In this document: one piece after another, positions 19,748-28,282 of the stretch | Position numbering within the stretch: position 1 is the first letter of the stretch | How the letters are laid out: each line of letters starts with the position of its first letter | From: an uncultured delta proteobacterium | Lineage (GTDB): Bacteria; Desulfobacterota; Binatia; DP-6 | Length of the DNA: 64,000 nt | NCBI GenBank assembly: GCA_963815115.1 | Contig: CAWFFN010000009.1 | Location: forward strand, 960,001-1,024,000 | Reading direction: 5' to 3' | Notes under the pieces: model-generated | What the model was told of the DNA's origin: nothing | Seen by the model: only the letters and a program-made list of their open reading frames with translations | Databases searched by the model: none | Program-made: the position numbers and the translations under genes

Positions 19748-21508
19748 ATGTCCGACGTGCTCCGCATCGCCAACTGCAGCGGTTTCTACGGCGATCGCCT
19801 GAGTGCGGCGTCCGAGATGGTCGACGGCGGTCCGATCGACGTCCTCACCGGCGATTATCTCGCCGAGCTCACGCTGATGATCCTCCTGAAGGATCGCCTG
19901 CGGGATCCCGAGCTGGGCTACGCGCGCACCTTCCTGCGCCAGCTCGAGGAGGTCGCGGTGACGTGCAAGGAGCGCGGCATCCGCATCGTCGTCAACGCCG
20001 GTGGGCTCAACCCGGCGGGCCTCGCGCGAGCGGCACGCGCGCTCTACGAGCGGCTCGGACTGCGCGCCGTCGTCGCGCACGTCGAGGGCGACGACCTGAT
20101 GCCGAAGCTGGCCGCCTTGCAGGCGCGCGGCGAGCGCTTCACCCACCTCGACAAGGGCATCCCGCTCAGCGCCCTGGGCGTGCCGGTGCTGAGCGCGAAC
20201 GCCTATCTCGGCGGATGGGGCATCGCGGCGGCGCTCGAGCGCGGCGCCGATCTGGTGATCTGCCCGCGCGTCACCGACGCGGCTCTCACGCTGGGACCCG
20301 CGGCCTGGAAGTTCGGCTGGGCGCGGAACGACTGGGACCGGCTCGCCGCCGGCGTGGTGGCGGGGCACATCATCGAGTGCGGTGCCCAGTGCACCGGCGG
20401 CAACTACAGCTTCTTCCACGAGATCCCGGACCTCGAGTACCCCGGATTCCCGATCGCGGAGATGCGGGCCGACGGGACATTCGTCATCACCAAGCACCCC
20501 GGCACCGGCGGCCTGGTGAGCGTGGGAACGGTCACCGCGCAGCTCCTCTACGAGATCGCCGGCGCGAGCTATCCCAATCCCGACGTCACGGCGCGCTTCG
20601 ACAGCATCCAGCTCGAGCAGGAGGGGCCCGATCGCGTCCGCGTGTACGGCGTGCGCGGCGAGCCGCCGCCTCCGACGACGAAGGTCTGCATCAACCACTT
20701 CGGTGGCTACAAGAACAGCATGACGTTCGTGCTGACCGGGCTCGACATCGAGGCCAAGGCGAAGCTCGCCGAGGAGACGCTGTGGAAGCTCGTCGGCGGT
20801 CGCGAGCAGTTCGCCGAGTCGCACGTGACGTTGCGCCGGGGGGATCGACCCGATCCCGCTACCAACGAGGACGCGTTCGCGTACCTGGTCATCAGCGTGA
20901 AGGATCCGGATCCCCGGCGGGTCGGGCGTGCCTGGTCGAACAAGGTCGTCGAGATGGCCCTCGCCAGCTACCCCGGGTTCTTCATGACGCACGTGCCGAC
21001 GGCGGAGCAGCAGGTGGGCGTCTACTGGCCCGCGCTCGTGCCGTCTGCCGACGTCGAGCAGCACGTGGTGATCGGCGAAGCGGCGCTTCCGGTCGCGCCC
21101 GCGGGCGTCGGGACGACCCGCTCGTCCGTCGAGGTGCCGCAGCCTCCGGCGGGCCCGACGCCGGGAGGGCGCACCCGCGAGGCTCCACTCGGCAGCGTCT
21201 GCGGCGCACGCTCCGGCGACAAGGGCGGCAACGCCAACGTCGGTCTGTGGGTCCGGACGCCGGAGGCCTACCGCTGGCTGCTGGGATTTCTCACCGCCGA
21301 CCGCCTGCGCGCGCTGCTCCCGGAAGCGCGTACGCTCGGCATCGAGCGCCACGAGCTGCCGAACCTCCTTGCGCTCAACTTCGTCGTGCAGGGGCTCCTC
21401 GGCGACGGGGTCGCCGCATCGCTGCGCAGTGACCCGCAGGCGAAGAGCCTCGGGGAGTACGTGCGGGCCAAGGTCGTCGCCATTCCGGAGACGCTCCTCG
21501 ACGGGTGA
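19748..21508 (+). CDS. atuA: acyclic terpene utilisation AtuA family protein (DUF1446)
   Basis: RIANCSGFYGDR, DYLAELT, GHIIECGAQCTGGNYS, ARSGDKGGNANVG, DPQAKSLGE. Confidence 0.92.
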   Translation: MSDVLRIANCSGFYGDRLSAASEMVDGGPIDVLTGDYLAELTLMILLKDRLRDPELGYARTFLRQLEEVAVTCKERGIRIVVNAGGLNPAGLARAARALYERLGLRAVVAHVEGDDLMPKLAALQARGERFTHLDKGIPLSALGVPVLSANAYLGGWGIAAALERGADLVICPRVTDAALTLGPAAWKFGWARNDWDRLAAGVVAGHIIECGAQCTGGNYSFFHEIPDLEYPGFPIAEMRADGTFVITKHPGTGGLVSVGTVTAQLLYEIAGASYPNPDVTARFDSIQLEQEGPDRVRVYGVRGEPPPPTTKVCINHFGGYKNSMTFVLTGLDIEAKAKLAEETLWKLVGGREQFAESHVTLRRGDRPDPATNEDAFAYLVISVKDPDPRRVGRAWSNKVVEMALASYPGFFMTHVPTAEQQVGVYWPALVPSADVEQHVVIGEAALPVAPAGVGTTRSSVEVPQPPAGPTPGGRTREAPLGSVCGARSGDKGGNANVGLWVRTPEAYRWLLGFLTADRLRALLPEARTLGIERHELPNLLALNFVVQGLLGDGVAASLRSDPQAKSLGEYVRAKVVAIPETLLDG

Positions 21509-21560
21509 CCGGTCGCGGGGTTGCCTCAGGTCCGCGTTGGTCTTACATCAGGGATAACCC

Positions 21561-21573
21561 AGGAACGATTCCT
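21561..21573 (+). promoter_or_regulatory. palindromic operator candidate (PerR/Irr/Fur family) upstream of peroxiredoxin
   Basis: AGGAA-CGA-TTCCT perfect inverted repeat in an AT-rich leader just before the AGGAGG RBS. Confidence 0.5.
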
Positions 21574-21592
21574 ATTTTCAACAGGAGGGCTG

Positions 21593-22177
21593 ATGGCCGC
21601 ACACGTGCAACAACCCGCCCCGCACTTCACCTGCGAGGCACTCGTCAACGGAGCGTTCAAGGACGTGTCCTTGTCGGACTACAAGGGCAAGTACCTGGTG
21701 CTCTTCTTCTACCCGCTCGATTTCACCTTCGTCTGCCCGACGGAGATCCTCGCGTTCAACGATCGCGCGGCCGAGTTCACCGCGATCGGATGCGAGCTCG
21801 TCGGAGCATCCGTGGACAGCAAGTACACGCATCTCGCCTGGACCGGCACGCCGCGCAAAGAGGGCGGCATAGCGGGGGTCACCATCCCGCTGCTGGCCGA
21901 TCTGAAGAAGGAGATCGCGCGCGACTACGGCGTGCTGCTGCCCGACGGCGTCGCGCTCCGCGGTCTCTTCGTCATCGATCCGAAGGGCGTCGTGCGCCAC
22001 ATCACGATCAACGACCTGCCCATCGGGCGCTCGGTCGACGAAGCCTTGCGCGTCGTCCAGGCGATCCAGTTCTTCGAAGAGCACGGCGAGGTCTGCCCCG
22101 CCAACTGGACGCCGGGCCAGGACGCCATGAAGGCCGACCCGAAGGGCTCGAAGGACTACTTCCGCAAGGTCGGCTGA
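21593..22177 (+). CDS. ahpC: typical 2-Cys peroxiredoxin (AhpC/TSA)
   Basis: [13 protein letters not shown] and GEVCPANW; AGGAGG RBS before ATG 21593. Confidence 0.95.
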   Translation: MAAHVQQPAPHFTCEALVNGAFKDVSLSDYKGKYLVLFFYPLDFTFVCPTEILAFNDRAAEFTAIGCELVGASVDSKYTHLAWTGTPRKEGGIAGVTIPLLADLKKEIARDYGVLLPDGVALRGLFVIDPKGVVRHITINDLPIGRSVDEALRVVQAIQFFEEHGEVCPANWTPGQDAMKADPKGSKDYFRKVG

Positions 22178-22237
22178 GGCCGGGTCAGCCGCCGCGGCTC
22201 CGGGAGCGCCGGTTTCCGGGGTCGCGGCTACCGCGCC

Positions 22238-22708
22238 TCATTTGTGCATCTGCTCGGCGAGATACTGGGCCTGGCCGACGCTGGCGATGAGGCCGAGCTG
22301 CGTTTCGAGCCAGTCGACGTGCTCCTCCTCGCTCTCGAGGATGTCCTCCAGCAGGTCGCGCGAGGTGTTGTCGCCCTCGTCCACGCAGAGGGCGATCGCC
22401 TTGTTGAGCTTGGTCACGGCTTCGCGCTCCAGCCCGAGGTCGGACTTGAACTGCTCGGGCACGGTCTCGCCGATGTGCAGCGTGCCGAGCTTCTGGAGGT
22501 TGGGGACGCCTTCCAGGAAGAGGATCCGCTCGGTCAGGTCGCTGGCGTGCTTCATCTCGCTGATGGCTTCCTTGTAGTTCTCCTCGGCGAGACGGTGGAA
22601 GCCCCAGTTCTTGCACATCTTGGAGTGCAGGAAGTACTGGTTGATGCCGACGAGCTCGCCGGCGAGGACGTCGTTCAGCGCCTGGATGACCTTCTTGCTC
22701 CCCTTCAT
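22238..22708 (-). CDS. bfr: bacterioferritin
   Basis: MKG..GELVGINQYFLH, EMKHA (heme Met and ferroxidase Glu/His), EEEHVDWLE. Confidence 0.97.
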   Translation of the reverse strand: MKGSKKVIQALNDVLAGELVGINQYFLHSKMCKNWGFHRLAEENYKEAISEMKHASDLTERILFLEGVPNLQKLGTLHIGETVPEQFKSDLGLEREAVTKLNKAIALCVDEGDNTSRDLLEDILESEEEHVDWLETQLGLIASVGQAQYLAEQMHK

Positions 22709-22795
22709 ACCCCCTCCGACGGCGCACGGTTAGCACAGCGCCCGAGGGGGAACCAGGTAGGTTCTCGGGCGGGCCGACGGCGGGGACGCTGCCGC

Positions 22796-22975
22796 TCAGC
22801 CCCGGGCCTGCTCGAAGCGAGCCTCGAGGTGGCGCTCGAGGCGGGCGAGACACGATCCGCAATCGGCGCCGGCACCGTCGCAGGAGCGGGAGACCTCGTC
22901 GAGAGTCCGCGCCCCGCAGCGCACGGCCTCGCGGACGTCACCTTCGGAGATTCCCCGGCAGATGCACAGGATCAT
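22796..22975 (-). CDS. bfd: bacterioferritin-associated (2Fe-2S) ferredoxin, 59 aa; absent from the ORF track
   Basis: Hand translation MILCICRGISEGDVREAVRCGARTLDEVSRSCDGAGADCGSCLARLERHLEARFEQARG; CxC...CxxC; directly upstream of bfr. Confidence 0.92.
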   Translation of the reverse strand: MILCICRGISEGDVREAVRCGARTLDEVSRSCDGAGADCGSCLARLERHLEARFEQARG

Positions 22976-23016
22976 CGGATCGCGTCCCTCTCGAACCTGG
23001 GGGGACAGTACCGATT

Positions 23017-23033
23017 TTGAAAGTCGATTTCAA
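23017..23033. promoter_or_regulatory. candidate Fur box upstream of bfd-bfr
   Basis: TTGAAA-GTCGA-TTTCAA inverted repeat, an AT-rich island about 40 nt upstream of the bfd start. Confidence 0.6.
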
Positions 23034-23845
23034 GTGCTTTCGTCGCTGGCCGCAAGGAGTCCGAAAAGGCGTCGGGCATTGGCCGCGGTGGTGCCCGCCA
23101 CGGCCTCGAAGGGACGTCCTTGTACCTCCGCAACCGCCTCGGCCACCAGCCGAACGTGGGCCGGCTCGTTGCGCTTGCCCCGGTGGGGCACGGGGGCGAG
23201 GAACGGGGCGTCGGTCTCGATCAGCAGCCGGTCCTCGGGGATCGAGCGCACCGCCTGCCGCAGCGCGTCGGCGTTGCGGAAGGTCACGATGCCGGAGATC
23301 GAGAGATGCAGCCCGAGGTCCAGGTAGCGCCGGGCATCGTCGGCGTCGCCCGTGAAGCAGTGGATCACGCCTCCCGCCCCGGTGAGCGGCTCGCCCCGGA
23401 GCACGTCGACGGCGTCGCGATGGGCGTCGCGCACGTGCACGACCAGCGGCAGGCCGAGCTCCCGGGCCATCGCCGCCGTCCGCGCGAAGGCGGTGCGCTG
23501 CGCCGCGCGTGGCGAGTGCTCGTAGTGGTAGTCGAGGCCGGTCTCGCCGAGGGCGACCACGCCGGGTGCGGCGGCGAGGCGGCGGAGCGCGGCGAGGGCG
23601 GCGTCGTCGGCGGTGGAAGCGTCATGGGGATGGATGCCGACGCTGGCGACCACTCGCACGCCGCGGCGCATACCGGCGAGGTCGATCGTCGGCGCGTTGT
23701 CCTCGACCCCCCCCGTGGCTCCGACGCAGACGAGCGTGGTCACCCCGGCGGCCGCCGCGCGCTCGAGCACGGCGTCGCGATCGGCGTCGAACTCGCGCTC
23801 GGCGACGTGGCAGTGCGAGTCGACCAGCAGCGGTCCGGCGTTCAC
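23030..23845 (-). CDS. tatD: TatD family metallo-dependent DNase
   Basis: VDSHCH, GIHPH, GETGLDY, VVHVRDA, IHCFTG, ETDAPFLAP; GTG overlaps metG stop. Confidence 0.95.
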   Translation of the reverse strand: MNAGPLLVDSHCHVAEREFDADRDAVLERAAAAGVTTLVCVGATGGVEDNAPTIDLAGMRRGVRVVASVGIHPHDASTADDAALAALRRLAAAPGVVALGETGLDYHYEHSPRAAQRTAFARTAAMARELGLPLVVHVRDAHRDAVDVLRGEPLTGAGGVIHCFTGDADDARRYLDLGLHLSISGIVTFRNADALRQAVRSIPEDRLLIETDAPFLAPVPHRGKRNEPAHVRLVAEAVAEVQGRPFEAVAGTTAANARRLFGLLAASDEST

Positions 23846-25368
23846 GCGGTCGTCTCGATGCGGGGAAAGAGCGCTTCCGCGGGTCGCGTACGGTGGCCCG
23901 GGGGGAAGCTGGTGCCCCAGCGCCGGTCGAGCGCGTCGAGATCGGTCTCCGGCAGCCCGAGAAAGCCCATCAGCCTGCGCGCGGTCTCGGGCAGGACGGG
24001 GGCGACGAGCTGGGCGGTCGTGCGCAGCGCTTCGCACAGCTCGTGCAGGATGGCGCCGACGCGCGGCAGTCGCGCCTCGTCCTTCGCCAGGCGGAACGGC
24101 GCCGTCTCGGTGACGTACTTGTTGGCGTGGTCGAGCGCGCGCCAGATCGTTTCGAGCGCACGATGGAAGGCGAGCTGTGCGACGTGCGCGTCGACGTCGA
24201 GGCGCGCGGTCGCGAAGGCCTCACGCAGGGCGAGGTCGGGCGCCTCGGGTGCCGGCGGCTGCACGACGCCCCCGAAGTAACGCTGCTGCATGGCGAGCAC
24301 GCGGCTCGCGAGGTTGCCGAGGCCGTTCGCCAGGTCCGCGTTCAGCCGCGTCACGAGGGCCGCCTCGCTGAAGTCGGCGTCCTGGCCGAAGGCCATCTCC
24401 CGCAGCAGGAAGTAGCGGAAGACGTCTCCGCCGTAGCGCGACTGCATCTCCAGCGGCCGGACCACGTTCCCCAGGCTCTTGGACATCTTGGCGCCGTCCC
24501 GCGTCCAGTAGCCGTGGACGTGCAGCGCGCGGAAGAGCGGCAGCTCGGCCGCCATGAGCATGGTCGGCCAGTAGATGGCGTGCGTCTTCACGATGTCCTT
24601 GCCGATGAGATGGCGCACGTGGGGCCAGAGCTCGGGGCGCCCGGCGGATTCGACGGCGCTCACGTAGCTCAGAAGCGCGTCGAACCACACGTAGGTGACG
24701 AAGCGATCGTCGAAGGGCAGGTCGATGCCCCAGTCGAGCCGTGTCTTGGGGCGCGAGATGCAGAGATCGCCGATCGGCTCCCGCAGCATGGCCAGCACCT
24801 CGCGACGGTAGCCGTCCGGCGTGATGCGCTCGGGCTCCGCCTCGTAGAGCGCCAGGACCCGCTCCTGGTACTTCTGCATGCGGAAGAAGTAGTTCTCCTC
24901 CGCGATCTCCGTCGGGGCCGTTCGGTGGTCGGGGCAGACCCCGTCGACCAGCTCACGCTCCTGATAGAAGCGCTCGCAGCCGAGGCAGTAGAGCCCGCGG
25001 TAGGAGTCGAAGTAGATGTCGCCGCGCGCGTGAATCTCACGCAGGATGCGCTGCACGAAGGCGACGTGCGCCGGATCGGTGGTGCGGACGAACCAGCCGA
25101 CCTGGAGCCCGAGCTGCTCCCAGGTGGCGCGGAAGACGGCGCTGACGCGATCGGTGAACGCCTTCGGCGGGACGCCCTCGCGAGCCGCCGCCTGCGCGAT
25201 CTTGTCGCCGTGCTCGTCGGTGCCGGTGACGAAGAACGCGTCGCGCCCCCGCTGGCACCAGAAGCGCACCAAGACGTCCGCCACCACGGTCGTGTACGCG
25301 CTCCCCAGATGGGGCTGGTCGTTCACGTAGTAGATCGGCGTGGTGAAGTAGAGCGGCTCGTCAGGCAT
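23842..25368 (-). CDS. metG: methionine--tRNA ligase (short form, no C-terminal tRNA-binding domain)
   Basis: TTPIYYVNDQPHLGSAY, GTDEHG, YVWFDAL, IGKDI, KMSKS. Confidence 0.97.
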   Translation of the reverse strand: MPDEPLYFTTPIYYVNDQPHLGSAYTTVVADVLVRFWCQRGRDAFFVTGTDEHGDKIAQAAAREGVPPKAFTDRVSAVFRATWEQLGLQVGWFVRTTDPAHVAFVQRILREIHARGDIYFDSYRGLYCLGCERFYQERELVDGVCPDHRTAPTEIAEENYFFRMQKYQERVLALYEAEPERITPDGYRREVLAMLREPIGDLCISRPKTRLDWGIDLPFDDRFVTYVWFDALLSYVSAVESAGRPELWPHVRHLIGKDIVKTHAIYWPTMLMAAELPLFRALHVHGYWTRDGAKMSKSLGNVVRPLEMQSRYGGDVFRYFLLREMAFGQDADFSEAALVTRLNADLANGLGNLASRVLAMQQRYFGGVVQPPAPEAPDLALREAFATARLDVDAHVAQLAFHRALETIWRALDHANKYVTETAPFRLAKDEARLPRVGAILHELCEALRTTAQLVAPVLPETARRLMGFLGLPETDLDALDRRWGTSFPPGHRTRPAEALFPRIETTA

Positions 25369-26182
25369 CAGGGCGCCGCGCGACCAGGTCCTCGAGGGTG
25401 GCCTCCACCTGCGTGCCGTCGTCGGCGCGCCGCACCATCACGGTCTGCTTGAGGAGGTTGTGGGCGATGACCTGCCCGTTCCCCTTGACGCTCTCCACCT
25501 GGGTGCCGATCGCGGGCAGGCTGCGGCGCATCTCGAGATAGGTCTGGTACTCGTAGCGCATGCAGCACTTGAGCCGGCCGCACTGGCCGGCGAGCTTGGA
25601 CGGGTTGAGCGCCAGGCCCTGCGCTTTCACCATCTTCACCGACACGGGCTGGAATTCGCGCAGCCAGGACGAGCAGCAGAGCTCCCGTCCACACACCCCG
25701 AGCCCGCCTGCCACCTTCGCCTCGTCACGGGCGCCGATCTGCTTCACCTCCACCCGGGTGTGCAGGCTGTCGGCGATGCGGCGGGCGACCTCGCGTAGAT
25801 CCAGTCGATCCTCGGCGGCGACGAACGCCGTCACCTTGCTGCCGTCGAGCGCGCTCTCGACCTTGACCAGCTTCCGCGACGTGTCACGCCCCAGGATGTC
25901 GAGCACGGTGCGTTGCAGCTCGCGCTCGCGCTGGAGGTTGCGGTCCTCGCGTGCAAGGTCCCGGGCATCGGCCTTCTTCACCACGCGATGCAGCGGCCGG
26001 TTCGCCGGACGGCGGTAGGGCGGCACCACCACGGTGCCCAGGCTCGGCCCGCGCTCGGTCTCCACCAGCACCCGGTCGTCGCGCCGGAGCTGCAACGCGC
26101 CGGGGTCGAAGTCGTAGATCTGGCCCGCCGGCCTGAACCGGATGCCGACGACCCAGGGATGACCTAGCGGCTGCTCGTCCAT
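25361..26182 (-). CDS. ricT: PSP1/RicT (YaaT) family protein
   Basis: KQIGARDEAK, GVCGRELCC, GQCGRLKCCMRYE; conserved tmk-holB-ricT-metG-tatD order. Confidence 0.9.
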   Translation of the reverse strand: MDEQPLGHPWVVGIRFRPAGQIYDFDPGALQLRRDDRVLVETERGPSLGTVVVPPYRRPANRPLHRVVKKADARDLAREDRNLQRERELQRTVLDILGRDTSRKLVKVESALDGSKVTAFVAAEDRLDLREVARRIADSLHTRVEVKQIGARDEAKVAGGLGVCGRELCCSSWLREFQPVSVKMVKAQGLALNPSKLAGQCGRLKCCMRYEYQTYLEMRRSLPAIGTQVESVKGNGQVIAHNLLKQTVMVRRADDGTQVEATLEDLVARRPDA

Positions 26183-27177
26183 GCGGCGACTCGATCGGGG
26201 CCGCGCTCGAGCCGTCGCAGGACCAGCAGCAAGGTCTCGAAAGCAAGCACCCGGTTGGCGTTTCGTTCGATGAAGTCGACCGTATCACAGACCGCGTCGA
26301 GTTGGCGAAGCACGCCGTCGAGCGAGGACCGGGCCGCGGTCGCCCGGAGCCGTGCCTCGACGTCGGCATTGTGCACGGGGCCGGCTCCGCCGGCGACGAT
26401 CCCGAGAAGGTCGCGGTACCACGACACCAGGGTGTCGAGCGCGGACTCGACCTCGCCCCGGGCGAGGGTCTGGGCCAGGGCGGACAGATCGGCGGCGGAG
26501 AGCTCGGGCAGGCGCCCGAGCCGCTCGAGCAAACGGGCGCGCTGCTCGGCGTGCGGGTCGTCGCGCAGCGCGAGCGCTCGTCCCGGCGACCCGCCAGCTC
26601 GTGCGAGCAGCAGGGGGGCCTGGTCGGGCGGCACCCCGTGCCGTTCGAGGACCAGCGTCATCTCCGGGTCGGCGAGCGGGTCGAGCCGGACGTGCTGGCA
26701 GCGCGAGCGCACCGTGGGAAGAAGGAGGGAGAGGCGGGTCGCGATCAAAACCAGCACGGAGGCCCCCGGCGGCTCCTCGAGGGTCTTCAGGAAGGCGTTC
26801 TGGCCGTGCTCGTTGAGCGTATCGGCTCCGTCCACGATGGCGACCTTGCGTGCCGCCATCAGGGGGCGGAGCGTGAGCCAGCGGGTCAGGTCCCGCACCT
26901 GCTCGGTGCGCATGTCGCGCCGGTCGTCGTCGCGGACGAGCACGCGCACGTCGGGGTGGGTGCCCGCTGCCACCCGGCTGCACTGACCGCAGGTGCCGCA
27001 GGCCTCGCCGGCGGTGCGCACGCACAGCAGCTCGGTCGCAAAGGCGTCGGCCAGCGCGCGCTTGCCCACCCCGGCCGGTCCCGAGATGCAGTATGCCGCC
27101 GCGACACGTCCCTGGACCACGGCCCGGCGGAGACGGCGAACCGCCGCCTCGTGGCCGATCACGTCGGCGAAGGTCAT
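26164..27177 (-). CDS. holB: DNA polymerase III subunit delta'
   Basis: GPAGVGK, CGTCGQC zinc motif, HPDV, NAFLKTLEEPP, TVRSRC. Confidence 0.95.
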   Translation of the reverse strand: MTFADVIGHEAAVRRLRRAVVQGRVAAAYCISGPAGVGKRALADAFATELLCVRTAGEACGTCGQCSRVAAGTHPDVRVLVRDDDRRDMRTEQVRDLTRWLTLRPLMAARKVAIVDGADTLNEHGQNAFLKTLEEPPGASVLVLIATRLSLLLPTVRSRCQHVRLDPLADPEMTLVLERHGVPPDQAPLLLARAGGSPGRALALRDDPHAEQRARLLERLGRLPELSAADLSALAQTLARGEVESALDTLVSWYRDLLGIVAGGAGPVHNADVEARLRATAARSSLDGVLRQLDAVCDTVDFIERNANRVLAFETLLLVLRRLERGPDRVAAWTSSR

Positions 27178-27803
27178 CGTTCCCCGTCGAGCGCGCGCAG
27201 GGCCTCGGTCCGGATGCGCTCCCCGACGACGGCGGTCGACGCCGTCGTGTCGATGAGCCGATAGCGCTCCGGCGCCGCCGCGGCGAGGGCGTGGAAGCCA
27301 CGGCGCACCGCCTCGTGGAAGGCGAGCGCCTCCTGCTCGAAGCGGTCGCCCGCGCCGGAGCGGGCGTGGGCACGCGCGAGCCCGGTGGAAGGGGGACAGT
27401 CGAGCAGAAGGGTGAGGTCCGGCTCGAGACCACGGTGTGCCTCGGCATCGAGCGCGCGGACCGTCGCCAGGTCGAGACCGCGCCCGTATCCCTGGTAAGC
27501 GATCGTCGAGTCCGAGAAGCGATCGCACAGGACGATCCGTCCCGCGGCGAGCGCCGGACGGATGACCTCGGAGACATGCTGCGCGCGGTCGGCGCAGTAG
27601 AGGAGGAGCTCGGCGAGCGGGTCCGGGGGTGTGGCGGATGGCCGGAGCAGCAGATCCCGCAGCGAGCGGCCGAGGGCAGTGCCGCCGGGCTCGCGCGTCT
27701 CCACCACTTCACGGCCGGCCGAGCGCAGGGCCGCCGCGAGCAAGCGAAGGTGGGTCGACTTGCCGGAGCCCTCGATGCCTTCGAAGGTGACGAAGAGGGA
27801 CAA
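27174..27803 (-). CDS. tmk: thymidylate kinase
   Basis: FVTFEGIEGSGKST, TREPGGT, CDRFSDSTIAYQGYGRG. Confidence 0.97.
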   Translation of the reverse strand: MSLFVTFEGIEGSGKSTHLRLLAAALRSAGREVVETREPGGTALGRSLRDLLLRPSATPPDPLAELLLYCADRAQHVSEVIRPALAAGRIVLCDRFSDSTIAYQGYGRGLDLATVRALDAEAHRGLEPDLTLLLDCPPSTGLARAHARSGAGDRFEQEALAFHEAVRRGFHALAAAAPERYRLIDTTASTAVVGERIRTEALRALDGER

Positions 27804-27862
27804 AGTGCCGGGCTCCTAGCCCCGCGCGGCCTTCCGACGCAACCCGTGCCTCGATCGGCGAG

Positions 27863-28243
27863 TCATTCGGGGAACTCTCGACCGAGGACCAGGCCCATCG
27901 CGTGCAGGAGCTGGCGCGGAGAGAACGGTCTCGGCAGATAGTAGTCGGCGCCGAACTTGTACCCCTCCAGGAGGGCGTCGTCGTCTACGCCACTCGCCAT
28001 CAGGATCACGGGAACGCCGGCGTGCTGGGGATTGGAGCGGATGCGGTCGAGGACCTCCATGCCGCCCATCGGTGTCATGTGGACCTCCAGCAGGACCAGG
28101 TCGGGACGGCGCGACTCGAGCGTATCGAGCGCAGTGGGGCCGTCGCGGACGTGCTCCACGTCCAGGCCGCGTCCCTCCAGTGCCGCGCTGGTCGCGCGCG
28201 AGCTGTCCGCACGATCGTCGACCACCAGGACCCGCGGCCTCAT
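27863..28243 (-). CDS. single-domain response regulator, atypical (pseudo-receiver)
   Basis: VLVVDD, PDLVLLE (Glu where the phospho-Asp is expected), GADYYLPRPF (Arg for the conserved Lys). Confidence 0.85.
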   Translation of the reverse strand: MRPRVLVVDDRADSSRATSAALEGRGLDVEHVRDGPTALDTLESRRPDLVLLEVHMTPMGGMEVLDRIRSNPQHAGVPVILMASGVDDDALLEGYKFGADYYLPRPFSPRQLLHAMGLVLGREFPE

Positions 28244-28282
28244 GAGCGATGGGCGGAGGCGCCACCCGCACGGGGCCGGCGC

